64,000 nt of DNA, taken from assembly GCA_038496445.1 (NCBI GenBank), contig JALMLS010000455.1:496001-560000 (forward strand). Direction: 5' to 3'. Of the stretch, positions 52,211 to 64,000 are shown piece after piece. The notes below the pieces were generated by a model. That model was not told where the DNA came from and made no database searches. It saw nothing but the letters and a program-made list of their open reading frames with translations. The translations under genes were made by a program, and so were the position numbers. This DNA is from Trichosphaerium sp. ATCC 40318. Lineage: Eukaryota; Protista; Tubulinea. Position 1 is the first letter of the stretch; each line of letters begins with the position of its first letter.

Positions 52211-54886
52211 TTATAAAATAGTGCAGTCATCTTCGCTTCTTCCATGGTCAAACCAATTGCTTATTTTGTCACATTGTACTTCTGTAAGCTTTATCAATTT
52301 AATAGGATCACGTCTTATCAATGTTAGATGTATCACTCCACCCTTATCACGTGATAATTTTGTTACTGAATGAATTTCGTCGTTTGGCATTATAATATGC
52401 TTATCAGTGCAGAACGTCAAGACGCACTCTGCATCGCCTTCAATGCAAACACGAATTGCAAATAAAAATAGTAGTGTATTATTTCCTTGTGCTAGAACTA
52501 CTACTTTGTTGTACTTACACTGTCCTTCTATCATAGTTTCAATCTTGATCAGTGTTAGTTACTTAAATACGCAAACAATACTTACTTCATCGAATTCTTC
52601 AGTAAAACACGTGCCAATCCTCTTTTTACTTTCCTAATTTGTATTTCATTAAAAAACAAGGAAAAAAAAGGAGCAAAGTAAACTCAAAGCAAGTTTGACA
52701 TTCAATGATGATCGTTATCAATAAAAACCACTTGTGAGTTTAACAAAGAAATATTTACCTTTGCGAGAAGCATATACCTAGGTATACGCCTCACAGGACA
52801 TGTGGTCATGGCTTTAAAAGATAACGGCATGTTTGAATCAGATATGCACCTCGCAAATCTTGGATTATTGATCAATAGATTATCAGCAATATCATCTCTT
52901 TCGGTATGCCCGATAAAATACTTTTGGTAAGCTACAAACTTGGTACTACACAAAAAGCGTAAGATAAATTAGAATTGTGACGATAAAAATAACATTTTCA
53001 AGTTTTTTGGTTTTTTTATGCTTAAAACTTGTCACGTGCGGTATTATAAAGTTCCATCAATACATCGTATATCATACAAACGTCTTGAGATTCTAAATCT
53101 TTTGATTCCATTATTTTTTGAATAGTACTTGAACAAAGAACTATATCATCAATTTGGCCAAAAATAGCATCATGGTGTTCCTTTGATATGACGTCTTTAC
53201 TGCTGTCTGATACTTTCTTTTAAAATAAAGTTATTCGTTAAGTATTAGCTATGTTATTGGACATACCTGACCATAGCTCATGGTAGAGGCGTAATGTTTT
53301 TCTGTGGAGTAAATTTCCTTTAATATCATTTTTATCATATTCCAATCAACTGAACTCCCATCTCTACACTCAACAGTTAATAATACTTCTACCGTTTGCA
53401 ACATCGTTAATACTACATGGATGGCATGCAAACATGTAATGGAAATGATATTGCAAACAATTTAGTGGCGTTTTGATCACAAAGAAAAAACCCAAAACCC
53501 ATAACATCTTTTCTGATCAAAAAGTTCTACGCACGTGTTGACTACACGATAATACGCAAACGATTTTTCTCTCCAAGTTTTTGCGTTTCTATATCGGCTA
53601 CATATAGTCCACATTGGTTTATTTACTGTCATCCAATTATCAACTAAACGCTAAACAAAAAAAACCTTAGAATTACTAGTAACTTGATGTCGTACATTGC
53701 CCCATATCTCCATCACATCATAGGATGTTTTAGAAACAGATGAGAACATAAGCAAATCGCCAATATTGAGGTAATTCATTACATGTTCTGATATCTCTGC
53801 AGGTAGCTGAAAAAGTTATTAAAGCACAATTGTTTCTTAAACCAAATAATCAAGTTATATCTAAAAAAAACCCTCACATCAATATTGCACACTAGAAGGA
53901 AAACAAAAAGGTTACCTGCAACCCTGTGTAGGTTTACTACCATGTACAATATCACCATGAACAATTGCTGTACCTAGTTTTTGAGGTATAACTGTGGTAT
54001 CACCAGAATCAATACAATACAATTCACCTCCTATTTATAAACTTTAATCACAAAAAGTCACATGCCACTGGCACTGTGCTAACCTTTGAAGTCTCCACCA
54101 AGACATATATTCATAGTCAAATCAGCATCGTCACGGTGCATAGGGTGGCTATGTTCACCGGATGAACTATCATACTCTAAACAAACCCGTTAACCCATAT
54201 TATTCTCGGATAAAATGGGCGTACTTATGATGTAGACGTGACTTGGGTAGAATGCTTCGTGGAGGCTACTTGAAGAAAATGTAGATCCGAGTTTATCACT
54301 AACTGACTGCGCCAGTTGCTTTGCTAGATTCATGAAACCGCGTTTTCTAAGGTCTATACCTACAATGTTCTGGACAGAGTGTCAGTTGTACAATTTTTCT
54401 TTCTTTAAGGCTACCAGTTGTACAGACGCGTCAGAGAGCGTTTTGGACATATTTTCGGCTTCTTTAATAAGGCATCTGCAAAGGTTCGTTAGAAATAGAC
54501 GTTACTACTGAGAATACATACGCGCAGTGCTCTGGGGATAGTACATGGTGGACTTGTATCACTTGCCGTTTAATAACGGTTGAGATCGTTTGTTCTTCGT
54601 CTATGTTCCATTTCTACGCGTTGTTGGTGTTATAGGCTAACACAGGCTTGAAATGGTTAAAGTACATTTAATTTTGTTACATTGGCATCCAAGTACTTGT
54701 ATTCCTCAGACATAAGACTTCTTGTATTCTTGTGGTATAAGTAAATGATTAGGTTGCCAAATGTACTTTGTGGTACACAATACTCGGTTGGCAAAAAAGC
54801 TTCCAAACTGGGTATTATAGTCTATTTCCAGTAAGATTAGTTTCCGTTTCGTTGTACAAGTTACTGTTTAGACATTATCGTCTCAT
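52211..54886 (-). CDS. Multi-exon chimera: 2OG-Fe(II) oxygenase, F-box, RhoGEF (DH)-like, possible PH, CAAX; contains a frameshift at 53810-53814
   Basis: HPMHRDDADLTMNICLGGDFK|GGEL..AIVHGDIVHG..RYNLIIW (oxygenase). QLPAEISEHVMNYLNIGDLLMFSSVSK (F-box). ILKEIYSTEKHY..AIFGQIDDI..CPVRRIPRYMLLAK (DH). Ends CTIL*. Start not resolved. Confidence 0.72.
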
Positions 54887-54989
54887 TTCTCGGTATGGTT
54901 TCCTCAACATTAAAGTGAAGTTGCACGCTGTTTATAAAGGCTAGTTTATTGTTTGTATTTACAATGCTATGTTTGTTCTTGTCACACCC

Positions 54990-57109
54990 TTACGATCTTG
55001 TATCAGCTCTCTTTTTCCTTCTCTTCTTTTTTGATGGCTTTGATTGTTCTGAAGTACCAGAGTCTACTGTTTCAATTATAGTAGGGTTAGGTTTTAACTT
55101 CGATTGAGGGAGTGAAGATAATTCAGTTTCAACAGATTCAATATCATCAATCACTAGGTTATTGTGGTCCTTTACAGCTGTTGTAATCATGTGTGGTGGA
55201 GGGATATCAACTTCAGTAGAGCTTCTACCTGTTGTAGAACCGCGCCCAGAAGAGCTTCGAAGCCTAGAAGACAACATAAGAAAGGTTGTTTAAGCTGCAA
55301 TAAGAAACTATTGCGTACCTTTTAGCTTTGCCTTCCATCGTCCAGAACAATCTTAAGATTGGCCATGCCAGGTATATCAGGAGAGAACAAGCTGTTACTT
55401 CTAGGAAGAGACCACATACAGCAAGTACAAAAGTACTCGTATTGTAAATCAATAAGTTACGCAACAACGCTTTGTGAATTTCTCTAAAAGAAAATTGTAA
55501 GAATAACGTTCAGGTGGCTGTTCTAAACTAAGAACTCACAGTAGACGTGGGCGTAAAGGAGCTGAAGCATCTTTAACAACGGTCATATTACCATACCACG
55601 CGTAAACATCTTCTACAAACGTAGAGTTGATTACGCCAACCTGCGGGAGAAAATAAGCATGCGTATTTTGTAGGTAGTCGGTTTTCTACATACGTCTAGT
55701 ATACGTCCCAATATCGCATCTGTAGCATTCTTTGCTTCCGTCACATCCTCGTCATTCTATGACAATGTAAGACCACTTTTAAGGTTTTTGTACGTACAAC
55801 AAGGCCTGTGTAGGTATTCCATTCTTCTTGTTGAAGGAGAACCTCTAACTCCCTTTGTGCTTCCTCCTGGCGATATATAACACGGAGTACTTTTTTGTAT
55901 TCATCTTGATCAGCAAAGCGTCCTTAACAAGGGCTTAGTTAAGCCGCAGTCGTTGGTAGTGACAATACCGAAACTGCTTACCTTTTATAATGACAAAGCT
56001 TATCATCCCTCTTAGTTCTTCCAAGTACCCTGTAATCTAGCTCAAGTCAGATACATCAAAAGCTATCAATAAATTCTCTGAACTACTTACTTGGTTGAGT
56101 CGTACTTGGGCCAGCAGCCCTCTGCTAGCTGCTTCTATATTTGAAAAACAATCTTCTACAGTGTAGTCGAAAAACAAGTGATTCAGCTCTGAGTAGAAAG
56201 AGATGGATTGTTCTCCAGTAATCGTCAAATTTAACACCTAAAATAGTATTGTATAAGATGACTAGTTTTATTCGCGTAAACACATACCCGTCTACGTATG
56301 TCCTCAATTCCGAATACCGAATCTAAAGCTCTGTCTAAAAACAGATTGTTTATACGATAGGTATCGCGATCCCTCCTTAGCTTCTCAACTGCATCCGATA
56401 GGTTCTTTCTTGCTTGCACTAAAAACAAAATCAACTACTTGAATTCTACAACAACAAAACTTCTCGCAACGTACATAAGCTTGTATTACCGAACTGAGCG
56501 TTTGTCCCAATGAAAATTGTAGATTGAGTTCTCTCCGCGCCGATAGCTTTCGTGACCAGTATTGTATCCTGGATTAATGTTTCTCTATTTCTATACACAC
56601 TAACGGAATAGATATCGTTTGCAACAGTCATGAAGAAGTACGTGAAGATAAGAGCACTTAAAATACCTTCGGTTTAAACACTGTTAATGAGAGCGGAAGA
56701 TACAAGGATGCTAACGAACCTACTAGAGCCCGGAATAGCCCGCTTCGAAGTCTTACTCGAACAGCCTTCTGACTTTTATTCCTTGCTGGTATACAGCCAC
56801 ATAATAAGCTGCACTGATAGAAAACCATTTAGGATACGCGGAAGTGGTTATGTTGATGGTGATTATAAACAAAATAAAGACAGAAATAGTAAAGCAGTTT
56901 TTACTCGATTTTCGGTTTGCCGAATAAGGAATAAAACTTAAATATACGCGCTGTATATGCTGGCACAGGTGATGCAACGCACGTATTATGCCAAAGGTGA
57001 GGCTTGGAGCTAAAATAGGCGAAATCATTTTAAAATCGAAAGAACGACGAAAAGGTATTGTAGATATCATCAACGTGTTCTTGTGATTGCTATACGCCAT
57101 TGACAGCAT
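54990..57109 (-). CDS. Membrane protein with a NIT (nitrate/nitrite-sensing)-like domain between hydrophobic helices; start uncertain
   Basis: GILSALIFTYFFM (TM), LVTKAIGAERTQSTIFIG..LVQARKNLSDAV..IEDIRRR|V..SISFYSEL..LEELRG..WYGNMT, then a hydrophobic segment and a Ser/Lys-rich tail. Confidence 0.6.
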
Positions 57110-57587
57110 TTTTATTTGAGAGTACTGCAGCGTGCACGAAACAAATAAAAAAAAAAAGAACGTATCGCATCACGCTTTACCAAAAGGTTTTTCAAACATT
57201 GACATAAAAAGGTTTTTATTAAAAACTGCAACAAGTAGTTGTTGCACAAAATAGTTTTTTTGTTCTTGTTTTTAATTTACGAGCTCTATTTTTAAGCAAA
57301 CATTGGCAATGAAGTCAGAAGTTGGGGTTTCTAAGAATGCTATTTGTTAAGGCCTTAAGCTAAACATAGTTTTTGAAGGATTGTGAGTACCTGAGACTCA
57401 TGTTACGGTTATCCAACTATGTATCGTATTTGAGTAGATTACCTTAAAACACGTGCTTTCAACAATGCACATTTTAAAGTGGTTTAACTCCAAATGCGTT
57501 TAAAAACGGGATTTCATAGGTAAAACTGCACGGATACTTGAGTACAACACCTTAATTTTTAGTTTAGAGTTTCTCAAAAGATTTTTA

Positions 57588-58724
57588 GATGCTGTTAGCC
57601 CTGGACCACTATCGTTTCCATGGACGGGTATAACAATAACTGATAAGGAGTTTTATATGGGTTCGAGCTATATTGGTGGTAACCAGTTCAATGGCTTTTT
57701 GGATGAGGTTTGTTGCAACACTGCACTAAAAAAGGTGACTAATAATAATTAATAAGTAATTTTGTTAGGTATCTTACTACAGACGCGTAGTTCTTACTCA
57801 ACAACAAATACAAGACATATACAACGCTGGTACGGCGATTTGTATGTGAGTGGAAACAGCTTAAGTATTATGTAGGTTCAGACGGTAAATGTTCTGAATC
57901 TTCAGTCCCGACAGTAACACCAGCAGAGCCAATGGTCCCTCAAGAGCCTACACAAACGCCAATTGCACCAATAAGTCAAGAACCTATACGAGCACCAATA
58001 GCACCAATTGTACCAACAACTCAAGCACCTGAGCAATCACCAATAGCACCAACCCTGCCATCAGTACCAACAACTCAAGCACCTGCAGTACTGTCAGGTA
58101 AGTACAATGTTCACAAATTCTATTGACATCCCTTCAAAGCATGCGACGGTGATAAGCCTACAGGTGCTATATGTAACGAAACACGCGGTGTATGGGTTGT
58201 TAAAAACAATACTGTTATACTACCACGAGCTACAAGACCCGATTTCATTTCGTCTCCTGTTGTTTTTGAAGGTACTCTTATAAACCCTTTTTGCAATCAC
58301 AAACAGGTGTATTAACATATTAAAAACAGGAATGGTGGTCATCCAAAACTCAACTATTGAGGTTTCAAAGGAAGGAACTTTCAAGTTTGAACAGTGTCCA
58401 AGATTCAATGAATCACTGAATATTGTTCTTACAGAGGTCAGTACATCTGTTCATACATTAATAACTATACCACCACAATGTAATACTGAAGTTATTACAA
58501 AAACAAAAGTATCAAGTGCTGTAGAAGATGATTGTAGTGAGTTCTCTAGAAGAGAAACACAAACGAAATTAGAAGTATTATGGTCAATTGATGCAGGATG
58601 TAATAATGGTGGTCCAAGTGAGATTATCATTATCGTGATAGTCCTTGCTTCAACAGTATTCCTGGGCTTTATTGTTGTAACACCGATTTTTGTCTACTTT
58701 AAGTGTATCACTAAAACTCTTTGA
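57588..58724 (+). CDS. Cell-surface protein: partial LamG-like domain, Pro/Thr-rich stalk, Cys domain, C-terminal TM; 5' part not found
   Basis: FYMGSSYIGGNQFNGFLDE|VSYYRRVVLTQQQIQDIYNAG; PTTQAP repeats; IIIIVIVLASTVFLGFIVVTPIFVYF. Confidence 0.65.
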
Positions 58725-59058
58725 TGTAGCCAAGAATTAATGTCTCAATTTGCAGACTACATTGTCCGCTGCCATGTAATCTTTACTTACGACCACTACA
58801 ACCGCACCCTCTATTAATCGCTTGTTGCTATTGTAGATACTGTTATCTTCTGACTACACTGTCTGGAGATTCTGGCGCTAAACATGTCTAGTTGCAAGCA
58901 TTGACAATTCGCCTCAGTTCTGCAACTACTCTCAACACACGCAACGTAATCTTTTACATCCAACCACTCATCGCCTCTTACGCCTTGTGGTGGTTATCGA
59001 GGCTGATAAAGATTGCGATTGACTTTTTTTTCGAATTGTTTTTCAAAAACGTGCCGTG

Positions 59059-60527
59059 ATGAGACGTACAAACGTCCGTTCGAAAGATACCGCTGGCGAC
59101 GTTGAAAGCGGTGATGGTAAACACAAGCAACGTTCCTCTCAATCGAACTGTACAATCGCAAACTGTTTGATTGTGTCATTTATCGGTTTGGTTATTGTTC
59201 TTGTGTTTACGACGCCTCCAGAACGATTTAGAGTACGTTTCGGCCGATAGTAAAAAAAAATGCTTACGTGGTACAGATTTCGTCTACAAATGCTAACGCA
59301 GACGAAGAAGTCGCTGTTGAGGAGGAAACGGTAGATGTAATTGATAGCGAGGTTAAAAGGGAGATTGAGAAACTAAAAGTCGCAAAAGCTACACCAAAAC
59401 CCACCGTTAAGGCTGATCCTATCAACGAGAACGTAAAAGTGGATCTTACAAAAAAAACAAGCGAAGAAAGGCCTATGAAACTACCAGATCTTTCTCGTGG
59501 TGTTAGAACAGGAGGTATTATAACTTTATATTACTTTTTAAACGGCTTTATTGACATTTTAACAGCGTACGTTAAGTTCATTACTAAAAGAGGCAATATT
59601 GTAATAAAACTACTACCACTGGCAGGTACAATATAATTATAATACTCTCGTAAATAAATAGAATTGACTGACAACCATTCAAGCTCCAAAAACTGCTGCA
59701 AACTTTAAGAAACTTGTTGAAGACAAGTATTTCAATGGATGTCATTTTTACAGGTATGTAGTGACTATATATGTTTTTTAATGTAATTAATGTTATCACT
59801 AACACATATCTTATAGGGCTGAGAAAGGATTCGTCCTACAGGCTGGTTGTTGGAACGGTAAGCAATATTATTTTTTGTTGCTTTTTTTTCTTTGCAAGAA
59901 ACGTTTGCTGTGTGTTCCACATATAGGGAGTAGCCCTAAGTACTTGCGTTGTTTCTCTTCTACTATTTGTGCTTGTTATGCCTTTCCTTATTTTTTTGTA
60001 GTTGCTGGTAAAGTATTCCCGTATAAACCGTTACCATTAGAGTATAAGTACGCAATCGATAGCTGAAAGAAAGATGTCTTGGTTTTATTCTAAATATTTT
60101 TGTAGACTACCTAATAAGCAAAAGTTTATAAGTATGGCAAGAACAAGTAATCCAAACAGCGCAACTAGCGAATTTTCAATCATGCTTGGTGATAACAGTA
60201 CGTAAAACGATGTCAAGCTCTAAAACAAAAAAACTGATTTTTTTTTTTCAAACGTTTTTGAGCGTTGTCTTGTAATCTAACGCACTTTTTTTTTGCAATA
60301 GGTAGATGGCTTGGCCCTGGTGGATCTGGTACGTAGTTTTGTTTAATATCACGTGATTGTCACGTGCTAATTCTTAAATAGATTCCTATGGTTATGCTGT
60401 TTTTGCAGTTGTTACTGAAGGTTGGGACTTGATAATGAAGACATCTCTAGAAGAGACAAAGCCACAAGGTGGTATTAAGGTATTACAAGAAACCTTAAAA
60501 ATAGAAGATACAGTAATAGTAATGTAA
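59059..60527 (+). CDS. Cyclophilin-type PPIase with an N-terminal TM anchor
   Basis: APKTAANFKKLVEDKYFNGCHFYR|AEKGFVLQAG..ISMARTSNPNSATSEFSIMLGDN..GYAVFAVVTEG. Confidence 0.88.
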
Positions 60528-60779
60528 AAAAAACCATCAAAAATTAATACAGCTTTCAACCAATCTCTCCACCGTAAACTTGAGATTAATTTGTATGTGA
60601 TTATTTACTACCTTGGTAGCAATCATTTCGCCGTTAAGATAGCCCTTGTTTTTCGTCCAATAATGTCATACAGTCAGCAGTAAAGACATTCACTGGCTGT
60701 CACATACAGGTCTTGGAATGTTGCTACTAAATTGTACAACTTCACTGAAACTAAGTAAGGTAGTTGAAAGCGACAATTG

Positions 60780-61605
60780 ATGGAGTCACAGCTTGTTTTT
60801 ATATGGTTACATGGGCTTGGGGATAGTGGTGAAAGCTACAAGGACGAGCTCAAGAGCGCCTTGAAGTCTGTACCACATAAAGTAACATATGAGCTTCCTA
60901 CGGCACCTAAACGTAAGGTTACGTATTTTAAAGGAAGAGAAGTGTCAGGTATGCATAAATACAATAAAAAAACGTAAACAAAGGCTCCTGACGCGATCCG
61001 AAGCATGGTATGATATGTACACGGACGTAGAGAAGGAAGACGAAGAAGGTCTTGAGGAATCACGTCAAACAGTCGAAAAGATCGTAAAAGTACGTCAAAA
61101 TAGTATAATACTAACGTGAACGTCGTTTACATTGATAACAAACTGTTTGTTTGCTAACCCACTGAAGAAACACATCGACAACGGATGCGATCCTTCTCGA
61201 ATTGTACTGGGAGGTTTCAGTCAAGGAGGTGTAGTTGCTTTGCACACAGCACTAAACTTAGACGTTGTAAGTTTATTATAATACATATTTTATGTTGATC
61301 ACGTGCGTAATATTATGTAGGATATTGGTTGTGTTGTATCAGTGTCTGGAAGACTTGCACATAGGAAAAAGTTTCATAAGTTTTTTAAGAAAGTTAGAGG
61401 AAGAATACAACTTCCTATATTGTTTACTTTTGGTTCTAATGATGATATTAATGATGTATTGAAGTTATCTTATTCTATGCTTGATGATATGGAGTTTAAT
61501 GTTGTTGTAGAGGAGATAGAAGGGCTTGTGCATAACTACAATCCAGCTTTTAGTACTTCTATTGGTAGATTTGTTGTAAAAACTCTTTGCAATAAAGACT
61601 CTTAA
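60780..61605 (+). CDS. Acyl-protein thioesterase / phospholipase-carboxylesterase family hydrolase
   Basis: IWLHGLGDSG..PTAP..AWYD..RIVLGGFSQGG..SG..FGSNDD..GLVH. Confidence 0.9.
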
Positions 61606-62014
61606 CTACTCAGCTAAAACCATTTTAATGCCTTTCTGTTGGTTACTCTACATGCTTACATAAAGACAAAACCGATAAAGCACTGAATCCGAAAAATGTT
61701 AAGATAGAAAACCATCAAAAAATATTGCTTGGATAAAAAACAGCCTGTTTATTCTTGCTTTTCGGTATGGATGCTATCACCGACTCTATTGGTTTATTTG
61801 TATCTAGCACAGATATGACACAACTTTTTACAATTGAAATCTCGAGTGCCATTGAATCTATGTAGCTAACAGAACTGGTAGTAAGGCAAGTGTATTTTTT
61901 TTTGTACAAATTATAAGTTAAATCTCAATTTACAAATTATTATAGCTATGATACAGTTCAGAAGGCTTGGCTAATTCTTTCTTTTTTCTTCTAGTTTATA
62001 AGTCAAGAGTTTTG

Positions 62015-64000
62015 TTAATTTGTAGATACAGCAAGAGCAAGGTCATCACCAGGATCCGAAGAAGCTCTCATCATAGCTGCTTTATTTGGCGCTGATTTTG
62101 CTGTAGCTAAAGGAGAGCTTGATTGTACTGCTTTTGTCGGTGGGAAGTGTCTTGTTTTCATTGATCTTATGACGTTTCCAAAAGTCTGGAATTTAGATGA
62201 TACTTCCTCTTCTGTAATCTGTTGGTAAAGAAACTTGTTAGTGGTCGAAAGAAACATACAAAAAAAATAAAAGGAAGAAAAAAAACGAACTTTGGCTGTT
62301 TTGTGTTCATCTGCGATATCATCTAGATCATTCTTTATCTTTGAAACCTCCTAAATTTTATGTTGAGTTTATAATCAAGTCTAGTATCACGTGCGTGACG
62401 TAAATAGATTATAATGAAAAAAAGCTTTTGGGATTTTTTCGATTTTTTTTTCGAGAATTTTGGTTTGTACCTTTCCATGTACCGCAATAAACTGTTCTAA
62501 TATATCCTTCATAAACTCGTTACCCTATATTAGAATATTAGCATTAGAAAAAAAAAGCTGAACATTAATTAAGAGTTTCTGCGCTCAAAAACTAAACAGT
62601 AACATTTACGCTTTTTTTTTCGCATACACGGCGTGTCATGTGCGCAGGAGAAATAGATAAAAATTAAATATTTTTCTTTTGTCAAAACTGTGGTTACTGC
62701 ATGCAGGTTCGTACCCTAGAATTAACATCTTTGTTTGGCGCTAACCCAGCCTTTAAAAGAACATCTAGTTAGTACACAAAAGGTTTGTTTGGGTTTTTGT
62801 TTTTTTAATTACCTCGTATTTATGAAATACTGCACACGTGATATCTGCTCCGTTAGCAGTTAAATTTTTTGCTACAAGTCTTATACGACGTAGTTCCTTT
62901 CCAAGTTTTTGAAATTGTTCACCACCACTTGGTGGTGCGATAACTACAGGCATATCCTCGAATAAAGCTTGTGTTATTCCTCTTTCTCCTGAAACATCTA
63001 ATGCTATCCGACAAAAAGACCATACAAGTTTACATAGAACCTTGGCTTGTACAAGCTTCTGTGTTTTCTAGAATAGAATCTTAGTGGGAGAGAAAGTAGT
63101 AGTGAAAAGTATTAAGATCGAAACGAAATTGTTCCACAAAGTTGGGTTTGTTTTGTAACATTGTCTTGTTCTTTTGTTTCTTTCTTTGTTTTATCGTACA
63201 CCAGAGTATTTAACGGGCCATCTAGAAAGTACTTTATCGTATAAACAAACTTGAGATGATGTATGGAATATAAGAACACGTAAGGGACCTAAAGGAAAAC
63301 ATCAGTTGAGAATTCCGTACATTTTTCTAAAGAAACAAATAAAAAAAAAGAGCTAACGCCCTGACTGTTTGTGCGCCCGTTTTTGATAAACAAAAATTAT
63401 AACAAACTCCGTTATCGTAAAACTTACACCGAGAAAGAGAATGTCTAGAAGCTGGTGTTCTCTTATCAAACTCGCTGTAAGAAAAAAACAAAATTAATAT
63501 CACGTGGGTTATGGTGGAGGTATGGCTTTTTTCCGTCATTACTTACTTGTAAGTGCTTTTTGATCTCTTGTGACCATACTGATAAGCTAAGAGGATAGGT
63601 TAGTGTCACTTGCTGCATGAAAGCAAAGAAAGTAATTCAAGAAAACCGTAAGGTTGGCTTTCGTTCTTTCTTCTTACCAATGCTTGCGTTGTATGAAATA
63701 TCAGGTCTAACGGATAGCCGTCTTCTTCTAGCACGCGCTTGGGCGCTCTTATAAGCTGAAGAAGTTATTAGGTGAAGGAAATGAATTACGAAAGTAGAAA
63801 CTTTCCTTTGCAGGTAGAAGAAAACATCAAAAAAAAATAGGAGCAAAAGGCCATCAAAAAAAAAAATTTAGTTTTTTTGTGTAAACACTCAAGGTTAACC
63901 CCACGTGTTATATTCACTTTAGTGTATGTAATTTTATATTCAACTGACGATTTCAGAATACTTTATATAATTAATACATACCATCGACAGGCATCTCAGT
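62015..64000 (-). CDS. 3' part of a multi-exon hypothetical gene running off the window
   Basis: A series of open exons bounded by GT-AG; no confident domain (weak RasGAP-like RRIRLVAKNL). Confidence 0.5.

Noticed and set aside
62765-63300. RasGAP assignment for the last gene
   Set aside because: Only a weak RRIRLVAKNL similarity; the FLR motifs were not seen.

Overview
This is AT-rich, gene-dense eukaryotic DNA, probably a protist and possibly an amoebozoan (lineage is inference). Genes use the standard code and are split by many short spliceosomal introns (about 40-170 nt, GTACG/GTAAG donors, CTAAC-like branch points), so the ORF track shows exon fragments. Gene ends below come from manual splicing and are approximate. 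Conserved genes: a 10.6-kb sacsin-like gene, C2 protein, Vip1/BPA1-like RRM protein, mL41, PIMT, a divergent Ras, a SAM methyltransferase, TPR protein, EF-hand protein, Rab7, WDR25, eL42, NF-YC-like histone fold, homeobox, cyclophilin and acyl-protein thioesterase. Interleaved is an accessory layer: five intron-poor F-box genes with variable LRR or MORN-type repeats, a MORN-SAM gene plus an internally deleted copy, and two copies of a ~250-bp inverted-repeat element with a strand-specific structured core. Each element copy lies upstream of an F-box repeat gene in the same relative orientation. Other notable signals: the palindrome CACGTG occurs at least 48 times (about 6 expected), two GC-AG introns, a Ras with Q61R/G12P, an oxygenase-F-box-RhoGEF chimera, a stand-alone NIT-domain membrane protein, and a SOCS/BC-box-like motif inside the sacsin. 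All domain calls are by eye; no searches were run.
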